From Minisyncoccota bacterium (lineage in GTDB: Bacteria > Patescibacteriota > Minisyncoccia > Phycocordibacterales > UBA9973): DNA of 54,025 bases. A program made the translations under genes and the position numbers. Where the stretch lies: assembly GCA_018063015.1 (NCBI GenBank), contig JAGORC010000002.1, positions 1-54,025 on the forward strand, read 5' to 3'. The notes below the pieces were generated by a model. That model made no database searches, was not told the origin of the DNA, and saw only the letters and a list, made by a program, of their open reading frames with translations. Of the stretch, positions 1-9,549 are shown piece after piece. How positions within the stretch are numbered: the stretch's first letter is position 1; every line of letters begins with the position of its first letter.

Positions 1-102
1 TAATCAGTAATCTAAAAATTAGATACAAATGAAAATCCGAAGCTTCTCAGCTTTGTCTATATATAACAATTCATTTTTAACTTCTTTATAAATTAAATAG
101 TT

Positions 103-582
103 ATGCGAAAATTAGAACTCAAACAGGAAATCTTCGAATGTATATTCGGGGAACTCCCTCCTGACGAACAGGAATTAATTCTGGCAGCCAGAAAAGCAAC
201 GGGTAAGTCTTATTCACCTTATTCAAAATTTACCGTAGGCTGTGCTATAAAGCTTCATCATGGAGTTGTTTATAGCGGAGCAAACAAAGAAAATGCGTCT
301 TACTCTGTTGTTGCTTGTGCCGAAAGGACTACACTGGATATGATTCACAACTTCGGTCACACAAAGGATGTGGAAAAAATCGCAGTGACAGGTAAGTCAG
401 TATTGCCAGTAAGCCCCTGTGGTGTATGCCGGCAGGAAATTAACGAGACTGAACAAGTGGCAGGTCATCCAATAACAATCCTTATGGATTGCTTCAATGA
501 TGATATTATCTACAAGGTTGTAGGGATTAAAAACCTTCTTCCACTTGCATTCGGACCCAAAGATTTGGGAATTTCTATCTAA
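103..582 (+). CDS. cdd: cytidine deaminase
   Basis: 159-aa ORF. Zinc-ligand motifs of the small cytidine deaminase family are visible (VVACAERTTL and PCGVCRQ). It sits next to a nucleoside phosphorylase. Confidence 0.85.
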   Translation: MRKLELKQEIFECIFGELPPDEQELILAARKATGKSYSPYSKFTVGCAIKLHHGVVYSGANKENASYSVVACAERTTLDMIHNFGHTKDVEKIAVTGKSVLPVSPCGVCRQEINETEQVAGHPITILMDCFNDDIIYKVVGIKNLLPLAFGPKDLGISI

Positions 583-614
583 AAAATATTTTCTAACCTT
601 TAATTTATGTTTTT

Positions 615-1349
615 ATGAGTACACACATTGGAGCGAAGAGGGGACAAATCGCAAAAAAAGTCCTCCTTCCTGGAGATCCTTTACGGGCAGAATGGATAGC
701 AAAGAACTTCCTTAAGGATGTAACTTGTTATTCCAAAGTTCGTAACATGTTCGGTTTCACCGGCATTTCGCCTACAGGAGAAAGAGTTTCCGTACAGGGA
801 GCTGGAATGGGTCAGGCATCCATGTCTATTTATGTGAATGAACTGATCCGCGATTTTCATGTGGAGAAGATTATCCGGGTGGGGACTGCGGGTTCCCTCC
901 AGAAAAATATTCCACTGAAAAGCATTATCATTGCTCAGTCTGCTTCGACCGATTCTTCGATGGTTCCGAATCGGTTCTATCAGGCGGGACCGACAATGAC
1001 CTACGCACCTATACCTTCATGGAAACTTCTCCATAAAGCCGTCCAGGTTGCTGATCAGAAAGGCATTGAAGCAATTGTTGGGGGAATTGTATCGACGGAT
1101 TCATTTTACGAATTCGTTTACAAAGGAGACAAGAAGATTCCGGCATCCTGGGAGGCATTTGCTAATTACGGCGCTGTTGCAATCGAGATGGAATCCTCAG
1201 AGCTTTTCACATTGGGAGCTCAGTACAAAATCCAGACCGCAACAATCCTGATGGTGAGTGATCATCTTATATTCCTTCACCAGAAGTTGTCTGCAGAAGA
1301 AAGACAAACAGGTTTGAGTGATGTGGTGCGCATCGCTCTTGAAATTTAA
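615..1349 (+). CDS. deoD: purine nucleoside phosphorylase, DeoD type
   Basis: 244-aa ORF with DeoD-like blocks: LLPGDPLRAEWIA, VRNMFGFTG, SVQGAGMGQASMSIY, IIRVGTAGS, AIEMESSELF, VSDH. Confidence 0.85.
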   Translation: MSTHIGAKRGQIAKKVLLPGDPLRAEWIAKNFLKDVTCYSKVRNMFGFTGISPTGERVSVQGAGMGQASMSIYVNELIRDFHVEKIIRVGTAGSLQKNIPLKSIIIAQSASTDSSMVPNRFYQAGPTMTYAPIPSWKLLHKAVQVADQKGIEAIVGGIVSTDSFYEFVYKGDKKIPASWEAFANYGAVAIEMESSELFTLGAQYKIQTATILMVSDHLIFLHQKLSAEERQTGLSDVVRIALEI

Positions 1350-1368
1350 TTTTTAACAAACAACGTAA

Positions 1369-1401
1369 CAAAAATGGCCGTTCGGAAATCCGAGCGGCCA
1401 T
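1369..1401 (-). terminator. rho-independent terminator (12-bp stem 1374-1385/1390-1401, loop AAAT)
   Basis: ATGGCCGTTCGG-AAAT-CCGAGCGGCCAT. An A-run lies on the plus side, so a T-run follows the hairpin on the minus strand. It sits between convergent deoD and the small minus-strand ORF. Confidence 0.6.
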
Positions 1402-1420
1402 AATACGTTATGGGCGGGGT

Positions 1421-1558
1421 TTAAAGATAGAACCCGCCTTTCTGCTTAACATGCTTCACTCCCTGACAATCCCTTTTCGTAGAGGCACAGGAGGGGAGAA
1501 TAATTGAGGCTGTAAAAACACTGATGAGCAGAATGAGAACATACTTTTTCATAAACAT
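1421..1558 (-). CDS. small putative lipoprotein (45 aa), absent from the ORF track because it is <60 aa
   Basis: Hand translation of the minus strand gives MFMKKYVLILLISVFTASIILPSCASTKRDCQGVKHVKQKGGFYL*. It has a hydrophobic signal peptide followed by a lipobox-like L-P-S-C. The terminator lies just downstream. An alternative start is at 1552. Confidence 0.45.
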   Translation of the reverse strand: MFMKKYVLILLISVFTASIILPSCASTKRDCQGVKHVKQKGGFYL

Positions 1559-1702
1559 GATTTAAATGAAACAACTAATTTACCTATACATTATACCACT
1601 ATTTTATACTAATGTCAATGATATAAAACCCTTATCAAATAAGGCTCATTTTTGAGGGTTTTCCTCTCGCAAAAGGTAAATATTTTTGATATCATATATG
1701 CT

Positions 1703-3544
1703 ATGTGCGGAATAGTTGGATACATAGGAAAAAGAGATGCTTGGCCTATCCTTGTTAAGGGTCTAGAGAGACTTGAGTACAGAGGATATGACTCAGCCGG
1801 AGTAGCGCTTATGGGGAAGGGCGTTCTTTCTGTTTACAAGAAAAAGGGTAAAGTATCCGAGCTATCTAAGTTTGTTAAGGATAAAGATATAACAGGAGCA
1901 ATAGGTATTGCTCATACAAGATGGGCAACTCACGGTGAACCATCAGACAGAAATGCTCATCCGCAAACTTCTAACGGAGGAAATATTGCAATCATACATA
2001 ATGGAATAATAGAAAATTATGGAACTCTTAAGAAAGCTCTAATAGAAAAGGGTTATAAATTTGAAAGTGATACAGATACAGAAGTTCTCGCTAATTTAAT
2101 TGAAGATGTAAAGAAAAATAATAAAGTTGAGATTGATGAAGCAGTGAGACTCGCTCTTATTCAAGCAGTAGGTGCATATGCTATCGCAGTATTATCTAAA
2201 GAAGATCCTGATACAGTAATAGTAGCCAAAAAAGGAAGCCCTGTTGTGTTGGGAATAGGAGAAGGAGAATATTTCATTGCATCCGACGCGACTCCGATAA
2301 TTGAATATACAGACAAAGTTATCTATCTAGACGAAAGTGAAATGGCGGTAATAAAGGGAGAAGAGCTAACAATAAAATCTATAGAGAAAAACGAAACCAA
2401 GAGTCCATATATACAAAAACTAGAAATGAAAATAGAAGAACTAGAGAAGGGCGGATTTCCTCATTTCATGTTGAAAGAAATCTATGAACAACCTAGATCA
2501 ATCAAGGATTCTATGCGAGGTCGTATTGATAGTAAGGATGGCTTAGTGAAGTTAGGTGGAATAGAGAAATACGAAAGTGCATTACTTAATGCAAAGAGGA
2601 TAATAATTATTGCTTGTGGTACATCATGGCATGCTGGACTTGAGGCAAAATATTTCTTTGAAGAATTTGCTCGTACTCCTGTATCAGTAGAATATGCTTC
2701 TGAATTTAGATATAGAAATCCTGTTATATATGAAAACGATCTTGTGATAGCTATCTCTCAATCAGGTGAAACAGCAGATACCCTAGCGGCACTTAATCTG
2801 GCTAAAGAAAAGGGAGCTACGGTGTTCGGCGTATGCAATGTCGTAGGATCCTCCATCCCTAGGGTTACTCATGCAGGAAGTTATACTCACGCAGGACCAG
2901 AGATAGGTGTTGCTTCAACTAAAGCATTCACTGCTCAGATCACAGTGCTTCTCTTAATGTGTTTGTGGCTAGCTAAAGAAAAGGATTTGTTGGGAGAAAA
3001 AGAGATGAAGAAAATCCTAGAAGAACTAGAAGGAATTCCAAAGAAAGTAGAGAAGGCACTAGAAACAAATGACGAAGTAATAAAGATTGCAGAAAAATTT
3101 AAAGACAGCAAGAACTTCATTTATCTAGGACGAGGATACGGTTTCCCTTTAGCGCTTGAAGGCGCACTAAAGCTTAAAGAGATTTCTTATATTCATGCAG
3201 AAGGCTATCCAGCAGCAGAAATGAAACATGGACCAATAGCGCTCGTTGATGAAAACATGCCTGTTGTATTTATAGCTAATCAGGGTCCAACTTATGAGAA
3301 AGTCATAAGTAATATGATGGAAGTAAAGGCTCGTAAGGGAGTAATAATAGCAATAATCACAAAAGGAGATGAGAATGCTAAGAAGCTTGCAGATTATTCT
3401 ATAGAGATTCCAGAAACAAGTGATGTGTTAATGCCGTTCGTAGCTTCTGTTCCTATTCAACTTCTTGCTTATCATATAGCACGACTACGAGGGTGTGATA
3501 TAGATAAGCCTAGAAATTTAGCAAAGAGTGTAACTGTAGAATAA
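1703..3544 (+). CDS. glmS: glutamine--fructose-6-phosphate aminotransferase
   Basis: MCGIVGYIG N-terminus (catalytic Cys2), two SIS domains, C-terminal KPRNLAKSVTVE. I moved the start from the track's 1652 to the ATG at 1703 because Cys must be residue 2. Confidence 0.92.
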   Translation: MCGIVGYIGKRDAWPILVKGLERLEYRGYDSAGVALMGKGVLSVYKKKGKVSELSKFVKDKDITGAIGIAHTRWATHGEPSDRNAHPQTSNGGNIAIIHNGIIENYGTLKKALIEKGYKFESDTDTEVLANLIEDVKKNNKVEIDEAVRLALIQAVGAYAIAVLSKEDPDTVIVAKKGSPVVLGIGEGEYFIASDATPIIEYTDKVIYLDESEMAVIKGEELTIKSIEKNETKSPYIQKLEMKIEELEKGGFPHFMLKEIYEQPRSIKDSMRGRIDSKDGLVKLGGIEKYESALLNAKRIIIIACGTSWHAGLEAKYFFEEFARTPVSVEYASEFRYRNPVIYENDLVIAISQSGETADTLAALNLAKEKGATVFGVCNVVGSSIPRVTHAGSYTHAGPEIGVASTKAFTAQITVLLLMCLWLAKEKDLLGEKEMKKILEELEGIPKKVEKALETNDEVIKIAEKFKDSKNFIYLGRGYGFPLALEGALKLKEISYIHAEGYPAAEMKHGPIALVDENMPVVFIANQGPTYEKVISNMMEVKARKGVIIAIITKGDENAKKLADYSIEIPETSDVLMPFVASVPIQLLAYHIARLRGCDIDKPRNLAKSVTVE

Positions 3545-3550
3545 TTTAAA

Positions 3551-4279
3551 ATGAATACAAAAGAAAAGTTAGAAAAATTAAAGAATTTAAATACACTAGT
3601 AGAATCTCTGTCCTCTGGAAAGGAGGAAGTAGAACAGGGTGTGTTTTTAGGTAAGAATGTAGTTCGTGAACCAAATATATTTTTCGATACTAAACCAGGT
3701 AAGATTGTAATAGGAGACAACGTAATAATTCGTGCAGGATCTGTACTTCGGGGGCCACTACTTATTGGAGATAATTGTAAAATAGGTGGAGAGATTGAAC
3801 ACTCTATCTTTGAGAATTATTCAAACAAACAACACTATGGTTACGTAGGTCATAGTTACATAGGGGCTTGGGTAAATATTGGTGGGGGGACAAGTATAGC
3901 TACGCTTAAAAATACTTACTCCACTATCAAACTCGAAGGAGAGGACACAGGGGAGCAATTTCTAGGTGCAATTATAGAAGATGGGGTTAAGACTTCTGTA
4001 AATTCATCAATTTTCTGCGGAAAGGTTATAGGAGCTCACTCACATCTATACGGTACTGTCACAGAAGATGTGCCACCGTTTACAAGCCATGTTTCTACTG
4101 GTAACTTATTTGAACTTCCAATCGAAATAGCAATAAAAGTGGCGAAGGCCATGATGGCAAGAAGGAATAAAGATTTTACAGACCAAGACGAGAAGCAAAT
4201 GAGAGATTTATTTCAGAATACACAAGATAAAAGAATTAAATTAGGAGTTAAAAAGGATAAATTAAATTTTTCAGCCTAA
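3551..4279 (+). CDS. hexapeptide-repeat (left-handed beta-helix) transferase-like protein, resembling the GlmU C-terminal domain
   Basis: 242-aa ORF with imperfect hexapeptide repeats (IGDNVIIRAGSVL, IGDNCKIGGEI, IGAWVNIGGGT). It lies 6 nt after glmS. Substrate unknown. Confidence 0.5.
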   Translation: MNTKEKLEKLKNLNTLVESLSSGKEEVEQGVFLGKNVVREPNIFFDTKPGKIVIGDNVIIRAGSVLRGPLLIGDNCKIGGEIEHSIFENYSNKQHYGYVGHSYIGAWVNIGGGTSIATLKNTYSTIKLEGEDTGEQFLGAIIEDGVKTSVNSSIFCGKVIGAHSHLYGTVTEDVPPFTSHVSTGNLFELPIEIAIKVAKAMMARRNKDFTDQDEKQMRDLFQNTQDKRIKLGVKKDKLNFSA

Positions 4280-4315
4280 GGCTGATCCGCCTAGTCGCGG
4301 AAAATAATAATCAAT

Positions 4316-5266
4316 ATGAAAAAAATTTTAGTTATAGGTGCGTGTGGTCAAATAGGGGTAGAGTTAACACTTGCTCTCCGGAATAAGTTTGGTGGTGAAA
4401 ATGTAATAGCAACCGATATCCGTGACGAACACGAAATGCTAAAAGGTACAGGACCTTTTACTATACTAGATGCACAAGATGCTAACGCGACTCGAGATTT
4501 AGTAAAAAAGGAAGGTGTCACAGATATTTATCTTCTTGCAGCATTACTGTCAGCAACAGGAGAGAAGAATCCTAAGCTTGCATGGGACTTAAATATGGGC
4601 AGTCTTCGTCAGATACTTGATTTAGGAGTTGATGAAAAGATAAAAATATTCTGGCCTTCATCTATTGCAGTCTTCGGTCCTACAACCCCAAGAGACAATA
4701 CTCAACAAAAGACAGTAGTAGAGCCGACAACAATGTATGGAATTACTAAGTATGCAGGAGAGTTGCTGTGCCAGTATTACAACAAACGCTTCGGCTTAGA
4801 TGTGCGGAGTGTTCGCTATCCAGGACTTATAAGCTGGAAGAGTGAGCCTGGAGGAGGAACAACTGACTACGCAGTAGAAATATTCTATGGTGCATTGAAA
4901 GAAGGTAAATACACTTCATTCTTGTCCGATAATACATATCTACCCATGATGTATATGGATGATGCCATTAGAGCCACAATAGAGCTTATGGAAGTAGATG
5001 CAAGTAAACTAAATTCAAGGATGGCTTACAATCTATCAGCTATAAGCTTCTCACCAAAGGAGATTGGAGAAGAAATAAAAAAGCATATTCCTAATTTTCA
5101 ACTAAGTTATGTAACCGAAGATCCAAGACAGAAGATTGCTGACGGCTGGCCTAAATCAATAGATGACTCTTCTGCGCGCAGTGACTGGGGATGGAAGCAG
5201 GAGTTTGATCTATCCAAGATGACTGAAGTAATGCTTAAGAACTTAAAAGATAAATTGAAATTATAA
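4316..5266 (+). CDS. tdh: L-threonine 3-dehydrogenase, SDR/epimerase-like type
   Basis: N-terminal Rossmann motif ILVIGACGQIG and YGITKYAGE (YxxxK). It lies directly upstream (1 nt) of a kbl-like gene. Confidence 0.7.
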   Translation: MKKILVIGACGQIGVELTLALRNKFGGENVIATDIRDEHEMLKGTGPFTILDAQDANATRDLVKKEGVTDIYLLAALLSATGEKNPKLAWDLNMGSLRQILDLGVDEKIKIFWPSSIAVFGPTTPRDNTQQKTVVEPTTMYGITKYAGELLCQYYNKRFGLDVRSVRYPGLISWKSEPGGGTTDYAVEIFYGALKEGKYTSFLSDNTYLPMMYMDDAIRATIELMEVDASKLNSRMAYNLSAISFSPKEIGEEIKKHIPNFQLSYVTEDPRQKIADGWPKSIDDSSARSDWGWKQEFDLSKMTEVMLKNLKDKLKL

Positions 5267-5267
5267 T

Positions 5268-6467
5268 ATGTACTCAAAAGAATTACAGGATAATATAAAC
5301 AAAGAACTAGAAAACCTGAAAGGAGCAGGGAAGTTTAAAGTTGAAAGAGAATTACAAGGAGCTCAAGGTGGAGAGGTAGAGATAAATGGGAAAAAAGTTC
5401 TAATGTTCGCATCAAACAATTATCTAGGGCTTGCAAACCATCCTGAAATTGTAGCTTCAGCAAGTGATGCATTAAAAGAATATGGATTTGGTTTATCTTC
5501 AGTAAGGTTTATTTCTGGAACTGAAACAATTCATAAGGAGTTAGAGAAGAAACTTGCAGAATTTCTGGGCGTTGAAGATACGATTCTTTATTCTACTAAT
5601 TTTATGTCTAACTTAGGATTCTTCGCATCGCTTACTAACGAACCCTTTGGACAGGAGAAATGGATGGATGCAATATATAGTGATGAGTTAAATCATGCTT
5701 CCATTATTGACGCTTTTAAGCTTTGCAAGAAAGATAATGTAGTAAAGAGAATTTATCCGCACGGAGACGTGGCAACTCTCGAGAAATTCTTAGAAGAAGA
5801 CAAAGACAAGGGTTATAGATTTAAGATAATAGTGACCGATGGTGTTTTCTCTATGGAAGGTTATCTAGCTGATTTACCTAAAATAAAAAATTTAGCAGAT
5901 AAATATGGAGCACTGCTTTTCGTTGATGATGCACATGCTGTAGGAGTCTTAGGGGAAAATGGGGCAGGTACACCTGAACATTTTGGTCTACATGGTCAGA
6001 TTGATGTACTCTCCGGAACTTTCGGCAAGGCTCTCGGTGGAGCAGTAGGAGGATATATTGCAGGAAAGCGTGAACTAATAGAACTACTTCGTCAGAAATC
6101 AAGAACTTACATGTTTTCTAATTCATTACCGCCCTCTGTAGTAGTTGCAACAATGAAGGCTCTGGATTTACTAACCCCAGAGTTACTAAATAAAGGAAAA
6201 GAAAATGCGAAATATTTCAGAGAAGAAGTGAAGAAGCTTGGATATGATGTATTAGATGGAGAACATGCGATAGTTCCTGTAATGCTAGGGGATGCTAAGA
6301 AGACTCAAGAAATGAGCAAGCTACTCTTAGAGAAAGGAATATATGTTGTGGGACTATGGTTCCCGGTTGTGCCTGAAGGTAAAGCCCGACTTCGATTCCA
6401 AGTATCTGCATCTCACACAAAAGACCAACTAGATAAAGCAATAAGCGTACTAAAAGAAATAAGATAA
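5268..6467 (+). CDS. kbl: 2-amino-3-ketobutyrate CoA ligase (glycine C-acetyltransferase)
   Basis: Alpha-oxoamine synthase family with PLP-lysine context SGTFGKALGG and DDAHAVG. Pairing with tdh favours Kbl over BioF. Confidence 0.8.
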   Translation: MYSKELQDNINKELENLKGAGKFKVERELQGAQGGEVEINGKKVLMFASNNYLGLANHPEIVASASDALKEYGFGLSSVRFISGTETIHKELEKKLAEFLGVEDTILYSTNFMSNLGFFASLTNEPFGQEKWMDAIYSDELNHASIIDAFKLCKKDNVVKRIYPHGDVATLEKFLEEDKDKGYRFKIIVTDGVFSMEGYLADLPKIKNLADKYGALLFVDDAHAVGVLGENGAGTPEHFGLHGQIDVLSGTFGKALGGAVGGYIAGKRELIELLRQKSRTYMFSNSLPPSVVVATMKALDLLTPELLNKGKENAKYFREEVKKLGYDVLDGEHAIVPVMLGDAKKTQEMSKLLLEKGIYVVGLWFPVVPEGKARLRFQVSASHTKDQLDKAISVLKEIR

Positions 6468-6546
6468 TTTTGCTTTAAAGAGTTTTGTATGTTATTATTA
6501 AACGAAAGCCCTGCAAGGGTTTTTGTTTTACTTAAATAAAAAAATT

Positions 6547-8355
6547 ATGGAAATTAGAAATTTAGCTATTATCGCTCACGTTGACCATGGTAAGACCACT
6601 CTTACTGATGCTTTAATGAAGCAAAATGGTGCAATAGTTGAAGAAGGAGTATCAATGGATTCAAACGCTCTAGAAAAAGAGCGAGGTATTACTATATATT
6701 CCAAGAACACTTCCATTTACTACAAAGACACCAAAATAAACATAGTAGATACTCCAGGCCACGCTGACTTCGGTTCTGAGGTTGAGCGAGTACTTCGAGC
6801 TATCGATTCAGTGCTTCTTCTAGTAGATGCTGTAGAGGGACCAATGCCTCAGACTAGATTCGTTCTTAAGAAGTCACTAGAGTTAGGACTTAAGCCAATC
6901 GTTGTAATAAACAAAATAGATAAGCCAGCTGCAGATATAAATAGAGTTCATGATGAAATCTTTGAACTTTTCTTAGAGCTTGGTGCAGATGATAACCAGT
7001 TAAATTTCGAAACTATATATGCGATAGGAAGAGAGGGGAAAGCATTCAAGAAAGTTGGAGACGAATCAAGTGATCTATCCCCAATACTAGATTTAATACT
7101 AGAGAAGGTAAGCCCTGCATCTGTAAACGAAGAAGGCAAGATGTCAGCCCAAGTCTTCAATCTTGCTTATGACAACTTCCTAGGAAGAATGGCTATTTCT
7201 AGAATATATTCCGGAAAAGTTAAATCAGGTAGTCAGGTATTCGTAAAAGGCGACAAGGCGACAAGAGGAGGTAAGATAACCAAGCTTTTTACATTTGAAG
7301 GTATAAACAGAAAAGAAGTAAATGAGGCTACCTCAGGTGATATAGTTTTGATTGCAGGTATCCCAGACATATTTATCGGAGAAACTATCTGTGAAGATGA
7401 TAGCGTAGAGGTGATGCCTCATATTGCTATTGATGAACCAACACTATCACTTAATTTTTTAGTTAATGATTCTCCATTTGCAGGTAAAGAAGGAAAATTT
7501 GTAACATCACGACAGCTGAAAGAAAGATTAGAGAAAGAACTAGAGGTGAACGTAGGACTAAGAGTAGAATTTTCTCCTGATCAAGGGAATCACGATGGTC
7601 CATCATTCTTCAAGATTTATGGAAGAGGAGAATTACACCTAGCAGTTCTCTTAGAGAATATGAGACGTGAAGGTTACGAAATGCAAGTATCACAACCAGA
7701 GGTTATCGTGAAGGAAGTTGACGGTAAGACAGTAGAGCCTTACGAAGAACTTGTGATTGATGTGCCTATGGAGTTCTCAGGTACTGTTATAGAGAAGATA
7801 GGTAAGCGTAGGGGAATAATGAGCAACATGCTTGAGAAGCACGGTGTAGCTAGGGTTATATTTGATATTCCAACTAGAGGATTACTTGGTTATAGAAATG
7901 AATTTATAATAGATACAAAAGGAGAAGGCATTATGTCTTCTAGGTTTGTAGGGTTCAAGGAGCATGCTGGTGAAATAAAGAAAAGGGAATATGGATCAAT
8001 GACTTCTATGGTAGCTGGTAAGGCGGTAGCCTTTGCCCTTGCAAATTTACAAGAACGTGGTATACTATATGTTGAACACGGTACCGAAATATACGAAGGT
8101 ATGGTGGTAGGTAATGTTTTGAAAGGTGAAGATATGTCTGTGAATCCTTCAAAAGGTAAGCAATTAACAAATATGCGAGCCTCAGGTACGGATGAAGCTA
8201 TATATCTCGCACCTGCTTTTATTCTTAATATAGAAAGAGGTCTTGAGGTTATGGGAGAAGATGAATATCTCGAAGTAACACCAAAATCAGTTCGATTAAG
8301 AAAGAAATATCTAACAGAACTTGATCGTGTTCGAGCTAACAGGAACAGAGGTTAG
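6547..8355 (+). CDS. typA: translational GTPase TypA/BipA
   Basis: [29 protein letters not shown] and a BipA-type C-terminal domain. Start moved from the TTG at 6523 to the ATG at 6547. Confidence 0.9.
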   Translation: MEIRNLAIIAHVDHGKTTLTDALMKQNGAIVEEGVSMDSNALEKERGITIYSKNTSIYYKDTKINIVDTPGHADFGSEVERVLRAIDSVLLLVDAVEGPMPQTRFVLKKSLELGLKPIVVINKIDKPAADINRVHDEIFELFLELGADDNQLNFETIYAIGREGKAFKKVGDESSDLSPILDLILEKVSPASVNEEGKMSAQVFNLAYDNFLGRMAISRIYSGKVKSGSQVFVKGDKATRGGKITKLFTFEGINRKEVNEATSGDIVLIAGIPDIFIGETICEDDSVEVMPHIAIDEPTLSLNFLVNDSPFAGKEGKFVTSRQLKERLEKELEVNVGLRVEFSPDQGNHDGPSFFKIYGRGELHLAVLLENMRREGYEMQVSQPEVIVKEVDGKTVEPYEELVIDVPMEFSGTVIEKIGKRRGIMSNMLEKHGVARVIFDIPTRGLLGYRNEFIIDTKGEGIMSSRFVGFKEHAGEIKKREYGSMTSMVAGKAVAFALANLQERGILYVEHGTEIYEGMVVGNVLKGEDMSVNPSKGKQLTNMRASGTDEAIYLAPAFILNIERGLEVMGEDEYLEVTPKSVRLRKKYLTELDRVRANRNRG

Positions 8356-8363
8356 TCTATAAT

Positions 8364-8391
8364 TTGACAGTATGCGTCAAATGTGTATAAT
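8364..8391 (+). promoter_or_regulatory. sigma70-like promoter TTGACA-16 nt-TATAAT
   Basis: TTGACA at 8364-8369 and TATAAT at 8386-8391. It overlaps the inverted repeat TTTGAC-N7-GTCAAA (8363-8381) and lies 55 nt upstream of the 8446 ATG. Confidence 0.4.
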
Positions 8392-8445
8392 TAAAACATA
8401 AGTTTTTGTTTCAATAATTTTCAAATTTATTTTTAAAAATTTTTT

Positions 8446-9474
8446 ATGTCAACTATAACGTTTAAACCTAAACAAGTAACAAAAAGAATCACTTCTCACT
8501 TACATGACAGAGCTCGCGACGTAATAATGAATCGTTTCGGGCTTGATTCGTCTTTAGAAAAGAAAACTCTTGAAGAAATCGGCAAGAAATACAATATAAC
8601 AAGAGAAAGAGTAAGACAGATTGAAGATGTTGCACTTAATTTAATAAAAAAAGGAGATGCTTTCAAGAAAGAACAAGCTGTTTTCGAGGAACTTAAGGCA
8701 TTAATACACTCTTTAGGTTCTGTTGTTGCTGAACACGAGCTTTTAGCACATGTTTCTAAGGACAAGGCAACACAGAATCATATACACTTTTACTTAGTAC
8801 TAGGAGAGTCTTTTAAGCGACATCGAGAAGATGATCATTTTCATGCAAGATGGAGCGTAGATGATGAAATGGCAGACAAGGTACACGATTCTCTTAAGAA
8901 ACTTTACGGAAGTTTAAACGATGAAGACTTGGTTCCAGAAACAGAAATGATTAAAAAGTTTTTTGACCATATGAAGGATGTTGCTGAACATTACAAGAAT
9001 GATGAAATAGCAAAACGATGGTTATCAATGTCTAAGACAATTTCCAAGAATCCATTAGGAGAATGGGGTAAATCAATATCTCCAAACGTTAGAACACGAG
9101 GAGTAAAGGATTATGCTTTCTTGGTTATGAGACGTCATGGTTCTCCAATGCACTTCAAGGAAGTAGCTGATGCTATATCTAAGACTTTCGGTAAGAAGAC
9201 TCACTATGCAACTTGCCACAATGAACTTATAAAGGATTCTAGATTTGTGTTAGTAGGACGTGGACTCTACGCACTTGCTGAATGGGGTTACAAGACAGGA
9301 ATTGCTCGTGATGTAATAAAAGATATCCTTAAGAAAGAAGGTCCAATGTCAAAAGAAGATGTAGTAGATAAAGTAATGAAAGAAAGATACTTCAAGAGAA
9401 ACACAATCCTTGTAAACCTAGCAAATCCTAAATACTTCAAGAAGAACAAAACAGGTTTATACACAGCAGTTTAA
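8446..9474 (+). CDS. sigma-70 region-4-like HTH plus HARE-HTH (RNAP delta N-terminal-like) domain protein
   Basis: LEEIGKKYNITRERVRQIEDVAL matches a sigma region 4.2 HTH. The C-terminal HFKEVADAI...LVGRGLYALAEWGY resembles HARE-HTH. Confidence 0.5.
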   Translation: MSTITFKPKQVTKRITSHLHDRARDVIMNRFGLDSSLEKKTLEEIGKKYNITRERVRQIEDVALNLIKKGDAFKKEQAVFEELKALIHSLGSVVAEHELLAHVSKDKATQNHIHFYLVLGESFKRHREDDHFHARWSVDDEMADKVHDSLKKLYGSLNDEDLVPETEMIKKFFDHMKDVAEHYKNDEIAKRWLSMSKTISKNPLGEWGKSISPNVRTRGVKDYAFLVMRRHGSPMHFKEVADAISKTFGKKTHYATCHNELIKDSRFVLVGRGLYALAEWGYKTGIARDVIKDILKKEGPMSKEDVVDKVMKERYFKRNTILVNLANPKYFKKNKTGLYTAV

Positions 9475-9491
9475 GATAGTACTTGATTACT

Positions 9492-9518
9492 AACCCCGCC
9501 CCCTAGGCGGGGTTTTAC
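9492..9518 (+). terminator. rho-independent terminator
   Basis: AACCCCGCC-CCCTA-GGCGGGGTT followed by TTACTT. Confidence 0.7.
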
Positions 9519-9549
9519 TTTAGATACCCAATGTATTAAAATATAGTTA

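Noticed and set aside
1652-1702. N-terminal extensions given by the ORF track. Examples are glmS 1652, typA 6523, mnmA 12265, infA 18119, paralog 2 24613, paralog 4 33109, paralog 5 34812, rplU 43364, trpS 46330 and the small ORF 47842.
   Set aside because: Family-typical N-termini begin at internal ATGs (for example [42 protein letters not shown]). Several of the extensions also overlap the upstream gene or begin at TTG.
1560-1702. Possible glmS ribozyme upstream of glmS.
   Set aside because: The 140-nt leader is extremely AT-rich. I could not find the conserved GC-rich core or pseudoknot segments of the glmS ribozyme. The only structure is a weak 8-bp hairpin (1625-1632 / 1655-1662).
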